The notes under the pieces were generated by a model. It did no database searches. It was not told where the DNA came from and was given only the letters and a program-made list of their open reading frames with translations. A DNA stretch of 32,201 nt from contig CAYODN010000001.1 in NCBI GenBank assembly GCA_964402735.1, forward strand, positions 1 through 32,201, read 5' to 3'. Numbering within the stretch: position 1 is the first letter of the stretch; each line of letters starts with the position of its first letter. The translations under genes were made by a program, and so were the position numbers. Positions 8,247 to 16,801 of this stretch are shown in pieces. The DNA comes from an uncultured Candidatus Peribacteria bacterium (GTDB lineage Bacteria; Patescibacteriota; Gracilibacteria; UBA1369; LOWO2-01-FULL-3).

Positions 8247-8749
8247 AAGCCCGTTTAACAAAACCAAAGGATGCTGAAGGCGTAGTAAATGTACAAAAAT
8301 TGACATGGTTAGATGTCTATCCAAACGAAAAGTATGGGATTAAGTACGAAGACATTGCCCAAAAATTTGAATATGAAGAAAAATTGATTGAAAAAACGAA
8401 AAATAAAATCAAAGCTTATGGAAAAGATTCGTGTGGCTGGGTAGTCGAATTGGATGGAAAAATTGTTGGATTTTCCGCAACATATAGAGAGAATGAGAAA
8501 GACAGAGTAGGAGCAATTTATGTCTTACCCGAACATCAAGGCAAAGGAATCGGAAAAATCCTGTTGCAGAAAGCATTGGATTTTCTTAAAAACTCTAAAG
8601 AAATTTGGATTGAAGTGGCGGAGTACAATGAAAACGCAATAAAATTTTATGAAAAATCCGGCTTTCACATTGTCCCTGGTAAAAAAGGTAAGCAAGAAAT
8701 AATAGAAGGTAAATTTATACCAACGATAGAGATGAAATTTGAACAGTAG
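8243..8749 (+). CDS. GNAT family N-acetyltransferase
   Basis: 168 aa. Motifs are VLPEHQGKGIGKILLQKALDF and NENAIKFYEKSGF. An ATGA overlap links it to the preceding GNAT gene. Confidence 0.85.
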   Translation: MKARLTKPKDAEGVVNVQKLTWLDVYPNEKYGIKYEDIAQKFEYEEKLIEKTKNKIKAYGKDSCGWVVELDGKIVGFSATYRENEKDRVGAIYVLPEHQGKGIGKILLQKALDFLKNSKEIWIEVAEYNENAIKFYEKSGFHIVPGKKGKQEIIEGKFIPTIEMKFEQ

Positions 8750-8825
8750 TAAATTTTCAAATCATCACAAACTAGCTACACTTTCACATAAACGCAGTAA
8801 ATGGGCACATCAATAATAAACCCCA

Positions 8826-9167
8826 ATGAATAAACAAATCATGTATATCGAGCATAAAGGGAACGAAGTTTTTGGTCCGGCACGCATCGGCTTGGTTACT
8901 TTGTCCAAAACAGGAAGACCAATTTCCTACAATGATAAAAAGTTTGAAAAAATATCCGGAGGCAGTGGAAAAGCCAATTATTTCGATATTGAAACCGGCG
9001 AAGAGTATTGGATTTCCGGCTGTCACAAAGATGGAAATGATGCCCTATATTCTACTGTTGTAGAAATAGATGATGATGTACGGGAAGAATATTGGACAAA
9101 AATCCGAAACAAGCCCGAAAATGTAAATATCGGAAAAATGAAAATAACGGGGAAATATAAGAAATAA
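8826..9167 (+). CDS. Conserved hypothetical protein
   Basis: 113 aa. ARIGLVTLSKTGRPISYNDKKFEKI..ANYFDIETGEEYWISGCHKDGND..VEIDDDVREEYW resembles a widespread uncharacterised bacterial family, from memory and unverified. Confidence 0.55.
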   Translation: MNKQIMYIEHKGNEVFGPARIGLVTLSKTGRPISYNDKKFEKISGGSGKANYFDIETGEEYWISGCHKDGNDALYSTVVEIDDDVREEYWTKIRNKPENVNIGKMKITGKYKK

Positions 9168-9208
9168 ACACAAAGCTAAAATATACAAAAATATAATCAC
9201 CCTAAAAC

Positions 9209-9757
9209 ATGAAAAACGAATCTTTCATAGATAGAAAAATACCCGTGAAATTTTTGTTTATTTTATTTCCGATAATGATTTTGCAACTTCTTTTACCTGT
9301 TCGGAAAATAGCACTCTTTCTAATCGATGACTTAAACATTCCTTTCGAATTATTATTAATAACCGAAAATTTAACCGCCTCGATTTCAGTTTTGATTTTA
9401 TGTCTATTTCTCATTCAAAAAATAAACTGGAAGTGGCTTTCAAAAAAAGCATTTTCAATTGGATTTTTAATATTTTTTTTACCCATACTTTTTTTTATAT
9501 TGTTTGAATTTACATACTTACCGGTCCCATATTTAATTGAAATAATTTATGAGGGTATTGAAATAATTTATAAGGGTATTGAAGCTATTTTTCTCCCATT
9601 TGTTTATTTTATTAAAAACATTTATCAAGGTTGGGGCTGGGCGGTGATGGATGTTTATGGTTATTTTGTTTTTTTTGTTTATTTTGTTATTTTCCCCACA
9701 ATTGGAGGAATATTATCCTCTCTAATTTATGGTCTTTATAAAAAAATTAAGCAATGA
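9209..9757 (+). CDS. Integral membrane protein, function unknown
   Basis: 182 aa with 5-6 hydrophobic segments. It contains the 21-bp tandem duplication listed at 9539-9580. Confidence 0.55.
   Translation: MKNESFIDRKIPVKFLFILFPIMILQLLLPVRKIALFLIDDLNIPFELLLITENLTASISVLILCLFLIQKINWKWLSKKAFSIGFLIFFLPILFFILFEFTYLPVPYLIEIIYEGIEIIYKGIEAIFLPFVYFIKNIYQGWGWAVMDVYGYFVFFVYFVIFPTIGGILSSLIYGLYKKIKQ
9539..9580 (+). repeat. 21-bp tandem duplication (2 copies, 1 mismatch) inside a CDS
   Basis: GAAATAATTTATGAGGGTATT is followed by GAAATAATTTATAAGGGTATT, then a degenerate GAAGCTATT. The encoded peptide is EIIYEGI-EIIYKGI-EAI. Confidence 0.9.
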
Positions 9758-9812
9758 TCGAAAAAGACTCTCAAAAATTTGCAGAACAAAGATTTAACTC
9801 CTTTCAATTATC

Positions 9813-10325
9813 ATGCACCCGTCCAAACAACTCAAAGTAGCATCAGCAATCGTCGTAGAACAAAGCAAAAAAGCGAGCGTTATCGCTATCAGTCTTTTTG
9901 GAAGCGTGGCTGAAGGCATGGAGACATCACTCTCCGATTTGGATATGGAAATTATTGATGAAGAAGCCGAAAATTTCAGTTACGAGACTAAGGTGATAGA
10001 CGGAGTTTATGTCGATCTAGTAATACTTCCAAAAACATCCATATTAAAAAGAATGAAGGACTATCCATATCTGAATTACGGCTATACAAAAAGAAAAATC
10101 ATGTATGATCCCAGCGGATTTATGCAGGAAATAAAGGAAGAGGCCATCCGGTACTTCAGTAAACACCCCGAAATCGTTAAGTTTTGGGAAGAAAAATTGG
10201 AATATGTGAAACAAATGAAAGCCGAAGGAAAAAAACCGGAATCCGCCTTCAAAACTTACGACGAAGCAGAAATACTCTTTTCAAAAGAACATAAAATTAC
10301 CCGGGACTTTTTCAGAGAGATATAA
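9813..10325 (+). CDS. Nucleotidyltransferase domain protein (pol-beta superfamily)
   Basis: 170 aa. SLFGSVAEGMETSLSDLDMEII is the GS-x-n-DxD NTase motif. The C-terminal half is helical, as in KNTase-like proteins. Confidence 0.7.
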   Translation: MHPSKQLKVASAIVVEQSKKASVIAISLFGSVAEGMETSLSDLDMEIIDEEAENFSYETKVIDGVYVDLVILPKTSILKRMKDYPYLNYGYTKRKIMYDPSGFMQEIKEEAIRYFSKHPEIVKFWEEKLEYVKQMKAEGKKPESAFKTYDEAEILFSKEHKITRDFFREI

Positions 10326-10413
10326 ATGATCGATTATATCCAAATTTCATTCCACCCAAAAACTTTCATAGGTGGCCATTTTGAGGTATAATACTAAGAA
10401 TTTTAATATCATT

Positions 10414-11361
10414 ATGGAAAATAGCGAAAAGTTTATCGAAAGAGAACAAAAAACTGACCAAAAAATAGAATCAAATTTCGAAAAAAAAGAAAGTGGTCTA
10501 AAAATAGAATGTCCAGAGCGTCAAGAAGTCGCTGACAAAGCAATTTCTGAGCTAATAACTGCTTTCAAATCACTAGGCATAGATAATTTCAAACTTCCTA
10601 AAATTAAAATAAAATTTGTTGAATCAGAAAATATCGAATATCCAGTGCTTGGTAGAGTAGGAGAAGTCCATCAAGATGGAAGCGTGGCAATTTTTTATGA
10701 CAAAAGATTTTCAAATAAAGAATCAGCAGAAGAGATTATAAAAGAAGTAAGAGAAAAACAAGGCGACTATCCCAGTATGGAACAAACACTAAAACATGAA
10801 TTAGCACATGTAGCTATGTGGTCGATTACCGGTTTAGATCGCCAACCTGCAACAAGATTAATCGACGAAGGATTTGCAAGTCTTATTGAAAACACAGCTT
10901 CACAAATCCCAATTCAGCAAACAAAAAACGAAGTAATAGAAGGTTTAAAAAACGAGCCGAAATATTATGAACGATGTTTAGATTTTTCAAATCCAATCGA
11001 CGGAGAAAAAGAATCCCTAAATGAAGCCGAATATGTAATGGGTAGAGCAATACTTTTGTGGATCAGAGAATTGAAAGGTAATGATAAAATGATTGAATTA
11101 ATAATAAAATCACCTGAAAAAACAAGAAGAAATGATGACGAAGCTCCGGATGTCGGAGGAAAAGATCCAATATTACACAAGTTAAACGACGAATACAGTT
11201 CAATAATTGCGAATGTAAAAGAACGGCCTTTTGAAGAGACCGTAAGATTATTAACAATTTGGGAAGGAAAACAATTCGAAGCAGCATTATTGGAAATAAG
11301 TGGGTTTCAAAGTCTCGAGCAACTTAAAAAAGAGTTCCTAAAATGGATAAATGACGGATAA
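10414..11361 (+). CDS. Putative zinc metallopeptidase (HExxH, peptidase MA-like)
   Basis: LKHELAHVAMW is followed by LIDEGFASLIE, a candidate third ligand Glu. I prefer ATG 10414 over the track's GTG 10372 because a TATAAT hexamer (10387-10392) lies inside the extension. Confidence 0.55.
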   Translation: MENSEKFIEREQKTDQKIESNFEKKESGLKIECPERQEVADKAISELITAFKSLGIDNFKLPKIKIKFVESENIEYPVLGRVGEVHQDGSVAIFYDKRFSNKESAEEIIKEVREKQGDYPSMEQTLKHELAHVAMWSITGLDRQPATRLIDEGFASLIENTASQIPIQQTKNEVIEGLKNEPKYYERCLDFSNPIDGEKESLNEAEYVMGRAILLWIRELKGNDKMIELIIKSPEKTRRNDDEAPDVGGKDPILHKLNDEYSSIIANVKERPFEETVRLLTIWEGKQFEAALLEISGFQSLEQLKKEFLKWINDG

Positions 11362-11548
11362 ATATTGGAACATCGATAATTGTTTTTTTCACAGATAAAA
11401 AACAAACTACCAATAACACTTATCCAAACACTTAACATAACAGTGGGTATTCTTCTCATTCTCTATGGCGCAACAAGACTCTCAAAAATTTCGAAGTTGT
11501 AAATATTGCGATTCATTTCTATAATCCATCCACACTTATAATTTTCTC

Positions 11549-11980
11549 ATGCCCACAACCCACCTCGCCTCCCTCACAATCTTGGAAAAAGAAGGAAAGA
11601 TCTTGCTAATGAGGAGAGCCGGCACAGGTTTCGCGGACGGTCTTTATACCCTTCCTTCAGGCAAAGTTGAACCGAATGAATCCTTTTCAAAGGCCGCAAT
11701 CAGAGAAACCCTTGAAGAAGTGAACGCCGAAATTGAGCCTTCGGATTTAAAATCCGTGCATATTATGTTTGAAAAACTTGAGGAAAGTGACCTAAGTTGG
11801 ATACATCATTTCTTTTTAACTAAAAAGTGGAGTAGGGAAATCAAGAACATGGAGCCTCACAAATGCGACGACCTCCGGTGGTTTGAAAAAAACAAACTCC
11901 CCACAAACATTTTGCCTTTTGTAAAAGAGTCTCTTGATAAAATCTTCGAAAACACGCATTACAGCGAACGCGGATGGTGA
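11549..11980 (+). CDS. Nudix hydrolase
   Basis: 143 aa. The Nudix box is SGKVEPNESFSKAAIRETLEEVN. It is a paralogue of 25154-25615 and shares NMEPHKCDDL(R/S)WF. Confidence 0.85.
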   Translation: MPTTHLASLTILEKEGKILLMRRAGTGFADGLYTLPSGKVEPNESFSKAAIRETLEEVNAEIEPSDLKSVHIMFEKLEESDLSWIHHFFLTKKWSREIKNMEPHKCDDLRWFEKNKLPTNILPFVKESLDKIFENTHYSERGW

Positions 11981-12025
11981 AGGTTGAATCTTCAATGTTA
12001 TAATAATCAAAATTAACAACGTCTT

Positions 12026-12661
12026 ATGCCCTCAAAACCTCAATTATTCTTGGTCCACGGCGGCAATACCTTCAAAACAAAAAAGGATTACTTGAATTAT
12101 TTGCAAACCCAAAAAATTTCTATTGAGCCGAAAATCTATTGGACAAACGAATTTTTGGAAAAAAGCCTCGGTCAAACTTTTGAGATCATAAAGCCAAACT
12201 TTCCACTAAAACAAAATGCAAAATATTCTGAGTGGAAAATTTTCTTAGAGAGACATTTTCCATTTATGCGCGATAATATTATTTTAATCGGCTCATCCCT
12301 TGGAGGCATTTTTCTCGCAAAATATTTATCTGAAAATCGATTTCCAAAAAAAATCCTTTCAACATATCTGATTTGTCCACCCTACGAAAATAGCCTCACG
12401 GGAGAATCCTTGGCAGGCGGATTTAGGCTTAAATCGGACTTATCCCTACTTGAGAAAAACTCTCAAAATCTGTATTTAATGTTTTCAAAAGACGACGACA
12501 TCGTACCCATAGCCCACGCAGACAAGTATAAGAAAAAATTAAAAACAGCAAATTTCATTATCTACGAAAGCAAAAACGGACACTTTAAAATCCCGGAATT
12601 CCCCGAAATAATAAAAATGATACAATCGGATCATAAAATGAAATATAAATCATCTTGTTAG
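12026..12661 (+). CDS. Alpha/beta-fold serine hydrolase (YdeN/RBBP9-like)
   Basis: 211 aa. FLVHGGN is followed by the nucleophile elbow LIGSSLGG, then a late KDDDIVP and NGHF, candidate Asp and His of the triad. Confidence 0.6.
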   Translation: MPSKPQLFLVHGGNTFKTKKDYLNYLQTQKISIEPKIYWTNEFLEKSLGQTFEIIKPNFPLKQNAKYSEWKIFLERHFPFMRDNIILIGSSLGGIFLAKYLSENRFPKKILSTYLICPPYENSLTGESLAGGFRLKSDLSLLEKNSQNLYLMFSKDDDIVPIAHADKYKKKLKTANFIIYESKNGHFKIPEFPEIIKMIQSDHKMKYKSSC

Positions 12662-12685
12662 AAATTATCAGATAACCCCACACTC

Positions 12686-13225
12686 ATGAAAACCCCGCAA
12701 AACACATTAAAATATCTAATCGGCCTTTCTACTGTGATTATTCTTCGCCTCCTTCCGCACCCTCCAAACGTAGAACCGATTATGTCCACGATGATGCCGT
12801 TTTCAAAAAAATGGGGCTGGCTCTCGGGCATGGCCTTCGGTTTTATGGCAATCTTCTCTTTTGATATTATCACCGGCACACTGGGCGTTTGGTCACTTGT
12901 CACCGCTACAACATACGCCTTGATAGGAGTCTTTGCAGGCCTTTATCTCAAAAACAAAGAAAACAAAATCAAATATTATGTGGGCTTTTCAATCGTCGCG
13001 ACGATTGTTTATGACGCAATTACAGGCATCGGAATCGGAATGGCGTTTTTCGATCAATCTTTTATGGCTACCTTTACAGGTCAAATCCCATTCACGATGT
13101 ATCATCTTTTGGGAAACATAGTCCTCTCCTGCACTCTATCTCCATTGCTTTACAAATGGATTATCGCAAATCCAAAGCTCGAAACAACACAAGTTTTGAA
13201 TAAAATTGCATTCGGAGTAAAATAA
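12686..13225 (+). CDS. Integral membrane protein, possibly a solitary S-component-type vitamin transporter (DUF6580-like)
   Basis: 179 aa with about 5 TM segments. The N-terminal RLLPHPPNVEPI motif resembles what I recall of the DUF6580 family. The assignment is tentative. Confidence 0.45.
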   Translation: MKTPQNTLKYLIGLSTVIILRLLPHPPNVEPIMSTMMPFSKKWGWLSGMAFGFMAIFSFDIITGTLGVWSLVTATTYALIGVFAGLYLKNKENKIKYYVGFSIVATIVYDAITGIGIGMAFFDQSFMATFTGQIPFTMYHLLGNIVLSCTLSPLLYKWIIANPKLETTQVLNKIAFGVK

Positions 13226-13237
13226 ATTATTCATAAA

Positions 13238-13717
13238 ATGGCAAAAAAGTTTTTTAAAAACTGCCTTATCTGCAATAGAATTTCCAAAATTATAGACAAC
13301 TCCAACCCATATTTTGTTGCAGAACTTGAAACCGGATATGTGGTAATCGGTGATCATCAGTATTTTAAAGGCTATACACTTTTTCTTTGTAAACAGCACA
13401 AAGAAGAATTGCACGAACTCAGTCCTGCTTTTCGTTTGAAATTTTTGAAAGAAATGGCTGAGGTAGCTGAAGCGGTTTTCATTGCTTTTAATCCTGAAAA
13501 ACTAAATTATGAACTCTTGGGAAATACTGAAAAACATTTGCACTGGCATATTTTCCCGCGACACAAAGACGACCTCTTACCAAAAGTGCCAATTTGGTGT
13601 ATAGATAAAGATATACGTTGTTCTGAAGAATTTAAGCCTACCTTGAAAGATTTAATTAAAACAAAGAAAATTCTTCTGAAAGCTTTAAAAAAAACAACAA
13701 AATATCTGGATAGATAA
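13238..13717 (+). CDS. HIT family protein (histidine triad nucleotide hydrolase/transferase)
   Basis: 159 aa. An N-terminal CLICN motif is present. The histidine triad is HLHWHIFPR. Confidence 0.85.
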   Translation: MAKKFFKNCLICNRISKIIDNSNPYFVAELETGYVVIGDHQYFKGYTLFLCKQHKEELHELSPAFRLKFLKEMAEVAEAVFIAFNPEKLNYELLGNTEKHLHWHIFPRHKDDLLPKVPIWCIDKDIRCSEEFKPTLKDLIKTKKILLKALKKTTKYLDR

Positions 13718-13730
13718 CCGTTTACAAAAC

Positions 13731-14123
13731 ATGAAACACCCCCGACTCAAAGCCATCTTAATCTACATGGGGATTTTATTTCTCATCATTCTCGCGATGA
13801 TAATAAACAACCTTTCGAAATTCAAGCTCCTCGGTCCGGAAACGGATGACTTATTTACCTGTACCGGATTTAAAGGCACTCCGTGGAATTGCGATTTTTG
13901 GACATTTTTTAGACGCAACATATTCGGAGACATTTTCTTCACCGGCATTTTCATGCCACACTACGCGCTTATTTTCCTTGTTTTAAGTGTCTTGTCGATT
14001 TTTAGATTAGAAAAATTTCTCAAAACCATTTCGAAGAAAAAATTAAAAGCCTTTTGGGGGCATCAGACAATTGCATTTCAATTTGTACATTTTTCGTGCA
14101 AAATCAAAGCATCGGATTTTTAA
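13731..14123 (+). CDS. Small membrane protein, function unknown
   Basis: 130 aa. Hydrophobic segments are ILIYMGILFLIILAMII and FFTGIFMPHYALIFLVLSVLSIF. It has no recognisable motif. Confidence 0.4.
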   Translation: MKHPRLKAILIYMGILFLIILAMIINNLSKFKLLGPETDDLFTCTGFKGTPWNCDFWTFFRRNIFGDIFFTGIFMPHYALIFLVLSVLSIFRLEKFLKTISKKKLKAFWGHQTIAFQFVHFSCKIKASDF

Positions 14124-14132
14124 CCAACACAA

Positions 14133-14546
14133 ATGAAAAAACTACTCACACTCGGGGTACTAGCACTTAGCGTCTTTACGCTATTTTCTTGCACGCAAAA
14201 AGAAGAACTAAAAGAACCCGATTATACTTTTGAAAGCTATAAAACGATGATTCCCGAAACCTGCAAATCTTTTTTCGATGGGTGCAATAATTGCTTTAGA
14301 ACTGAAGGCAGCGAGAGTGTCGGATGCACCAAAATGTTTTGCCAAAAATACGAGAAACCAAAATGCCTAGATTCCGAGAATAAGGACACATACACCTCAG
14401 AAAGCTGGAAAACGATGATCCCGCAGACTTGCAAATCCTTTTTCGACGGATGCAACAATTGCAGTAGAACAGAAAATGCCTCTGAAGCAGCCTGCACTTT
14501 GATGTATTGCGAACAGTACCAGAAACCAAATTGTTTGGATGAATAA
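14133..14546 (+). CDS. Secreted lipoprotein with two tandem 6-Cys domains
   Basis: The signal peptide MKKLLTLGVLALSVFTLFS|C has a lipobox-like LFSC. The mature part is two copies of (Y/W)KTMIP(E/Q)TCKSFFDGCNNCxRTExxxxxxCTxM(F/Y)C(Q/E)xYxKPxCLD. Confidence 0.75.
   Translation: MKKLLTLGVLALSVFTLFSCTQKEELKEPDYTFESYKTMIPETCKSFFDGCNNCFRTEGSESVGCTKMFCQKYEKPKCLDSENKDTYTSESWKTMIPQTCKSFFDGCNNCSRTENASEAACTLMYCEQYQKPNCLDE
14223..14540 (+). repeat. Intragenic tandem duplication, period 168 nt (56 aa)
   Basis: Copy 1 is 14223-14372 (YTFESYKTMIPETC...KCLD). Copy 2 is 14391-14540 (YTSESWKTMIPQTC...NCLD). All six Cys align, and nucleotide similarity is clearly visible. Confidence 0.85.
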
Positions 14547-15123
14547 TTTTGAAAAGTTCAAAAAAACCTCGCCCAAACATATGCAAAAAGAAAACACAAC
14601 CGAACCGCTAAAATTAATTGCACCAACTAAGGAATACGAAAATCAAATCTTGGATTACAAAAATGAATTTCTGATTAATGGCGAGAATATGGCAGGTACA
14701 GCAGGTTTGGAAGATTCAAGTACAGTCGATGAATGGATTATTTCAGTTAAAAAAAATTCAAAAAAAGAAACTGTAAAAGAAGGATTTGTCCCAGCATCAA
14801 CGTATTTAGCTCTAAGAACCATAGATAATAAATTAGTTGGAATGATTGATATCCGCCACGAATTAAATAATTATTTGTTTAATTTAGGCGGGCATATCGG
14901 TTATAGCGTTAGGAAATCTGAACGAAGAAAAGGTTATGCAAAGGAAATGCTTCGATTGGGCTTGCAAAAATGCATTGATCTCAAAATGAATAAAGTTCTC
15001 ATCACTTGTGAAAAAAACAATATCGCATCAGCAAAAACAATTTTAGCAAATGGAGGAGTATTGGAAAACGAAATCCAAGCGCCTGATCGAATTACTCAAA
15101 GATATTGGATAAAATTAGATTAG
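14539..15123 (+). CDS. GNAT family acetyltransferase (COG3981-like)
   Basis: 194 aa. Motifs are VGMIDIRHELNNYLFNLGGHIGYSVRKSERRKGYAKEMLRLGL and NIASAKTILANGG. It overlaps the lipoprotein gene by 8 nt. Confidence 0.8.
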   Translation: MNNFEKFKKTSPKHMQKENTTEPLKLIAPTKEYENQILDYKNEFLINGENMAGTAGLEDSSTVDEWIISVKKNSKKETVKEGFVPASTYLALRTIDNKLVGMIDIRHELNNYLFNLGGHIGYSVRKSERRKGYAKEMLRLGLQKCIDLKMNKVLITCEKNNIASAKTILANGGVLENEIQAPDRITQRYWIKLD

Positions 15124-15182
15124 ATTTAAAAAGCACTATTGTGCGTATAAATAATCATTGAAATTTCATAATATTCTAAATT

Positions 15183-16091
15183 ATGCACCCCAAAATCCTA
15201 AATCACTATCTAAATTTCAGCATATTCACCAATCCGGGCGCTTACAAAGAATTCCTTCAAAAACTTCCGGACGATGTCAAAGAACTTGGCAATTTAATCA
15301 GTCATCAAATCATTCATCGAGTAACACTCAAAGAAGGTAACACAAAAGCAAATAGAGATTTGAGGTATGGCGATATGGAAAAATATCCTTGGTACAGATT
15401 AAGATGTGATGACGATGTTTTGCCTACAGCCGTTTCAATGATTGCTGAATTATTAAGACTTGATGACAGAGGATTTTTGCCAGATAGAAAAGTCGAAGAT
15501 AAAATTGTCGTCACATGTCGATATGTCGCGATTCTAATGGCCTCTATTTTGAAATCAAAAGGTATCCCTTGCAGAGTGCGATCTGGCTTTGCTCCTTATT
15601 TTTTCAAAGGAAGTTGGGATCACTGGATCAATCAATATTGGGATAAAAACAAACAAAAATGGATTACATTCGACGCAGATGGCTTTTTTGATAAAACAAT
15701 CGGTTTTGATCAATATAATATGCCTGAAAATAAATTTGATTGGGCAGGAGCTACTTGGCTCAAAGTCAGGGAGGGGAAATTAGAAGCCAATAATTTTAAC
15801 AACGCAGGTGGTTTCAAAGGCCTTATGCCGATTCTTTGGGAAATATTTTATGATTTTCATAGTTTGATGAACAACGAAATTTTATACACTCAAATGCCAA
15901 GTTTTGTTTCCTTCAAATTCGATGAACTAACAGAAAAAGATTTTGAAGAAATCGATGAGCTCGCCAAATTAATGCAAGAACCAGACGAAAATTTTGATGA
16001 ATTGGTCAAAATCTGGAATACTAAAAAAAAGTTTAGAATCTTAAACGGACCACTTATTGGAGACAATGATCATGTTAAGTTTAGTGAATAA
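15183..16091 (+). CDS. Transglutaminase-like cysteine protease-fold protein
   Basis: 302 aa. The candidate Cys-His-Asp arrangement is VVTCRYVAILMASILKSKGIPCRVRSGF..WDHWINQYW..WITFDAD. Confidence 0.7.
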   Translation: MHPKILNHYLNFSIFTNPGAYKEFLQKLPDDVKELGNLISHQIIHRVTLKEGNTKANRDLRYGDMEKYPWYRLRCDDDVLPTAVSMIAELLRLDDRGFLPDRKVEDKIVVTCRYVAILMASILKSKGIPCRVRSGFAPYFFKGSWDHWINQYWDKNKQKWITFDADGFFDKTIGFDQYNMPENKFDWAGATWLKVREGKLEANNFNNAGGFKGLMPILWEIFYDFHSLMNNEILYTQMPSFVSFKFDELTEKDFEEIDELAKLMQEPDENFDELVKIWNTKKKFRILNGPLIGDNDHVKFSE

Positions 16092-16101
16092 TTTTCCCAT
16101 C

Positions 16102-16791
16102 ATGCACCCCAAAATAATACTTTCAATAAACATAAAAGCCGACATCGAAAACGCCAAATGGTTTGTAAAAAATGGCGAGTTCGTAGATATGTTTTTGCCA
16201 CAAAATTTTCGATATATACAAAGTAAAAAATTTTCTCTTACAGAAAGAAATAAAATCATCACTGAGTACACAAAACACATCCATAAATTGAACGAAAAAG
16301 AAATTCAGAAAGGTGTAGAAAATATTCGAAAAGAATGGTCAAAAATCGAGGAGAATTTTTTCAAAATTACGGAAAAAATTTTTAACGGACACTCGTTTCC
16401 AAAGGGGAAATATACAGGATACGCCTCTATTTATGGTATGTATCCACGAAATATTAAAGACAAAACATTTTTCTTTCCTTATACAAATGAAAAATGGAAT
16501 CCGCTTAAAACAATCGCTCATGAGTCGATGCATTTTATATTTTTTGATTACATAAAAAAGAATTTTGGAATAAACGAAGACGACAAAATTAAAGGTAAAA
16601 ATAAAAAGTTCGTATGGCAAATTTCAGAAACTTTCAACAATGTAATCGAAAACTGGAAGCCATATAATGACATTTTCAACACAAACGAAAAATCAAAACC
16701 CTATTTCGGATGCGAGAAAATGTTTTCAACAATGACGAAACAATGGAAGGAAAATCAAGATATTAAACGATTGCTTAATAAGTGGTTTTAA
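16102..16791 (+). CDS. Hypothetical protein with HExxH motif (possible metallopeptidase)
   Basis: IAHESMHFIFFDY is the only motif. I prefer ATG 16102 (MHPKIILS) because it avoids a 35-nt overlap. It shares an identical ATGCACCCCAAAAT start with the preceding gene. Confidence 0.5.
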   Translation: MHPKIILSINIKADIENAKWFVKNGEFVDMFLPQNFRYIQSKKFSLTERNKIITEYTKHIHKLNEKEIQKGVENIRKEWSKIEENFFKITEKIFNGHSFPKGKYTGYASIYGMYPRNIKDKTFFFPYTNEKWNPLKTIAHESMHFIFFDYIKKNFGINEDDKIKGKNKKFVWQISETFNNVIENWKPYNDIFNTNEKSKPYFGCEKMFSTMTKQWKENQDIKRLLNKWF

Positions 16792-16801
16792 TCAAAAAAA
16801 A

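Noticed and set aside
9764-11491. 17-nt exact repeat AAGACTCTCAAAAATTT at 9764-9780 and 11475-11491
   Set aside because: The flanks show no further similarity. In a 32-kb AT-rich sequence a single 17-mer match is within reach of chance. It has no symmetric or positional logic.
11380-11502. 40-aa TTG-initiated ORF (..TVGILLILYGATRLSKISKL) in the 11362-11548 gap
   Set aside because: It has one hydrophobic segment, a non-ATG start and no motif, and it is too short to support. It could be a small membrane peptide or a gene remnant, but I cannot substantiate either.
14237-14597. Three antisense ORFs (86, 96 and 66 aa) opposite the lipoprotein gene
   Set aside because: They are produced by the tandem-repeat structure. 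The + strand frame has a signal peptide, lipobox and conserved Cys pattern.
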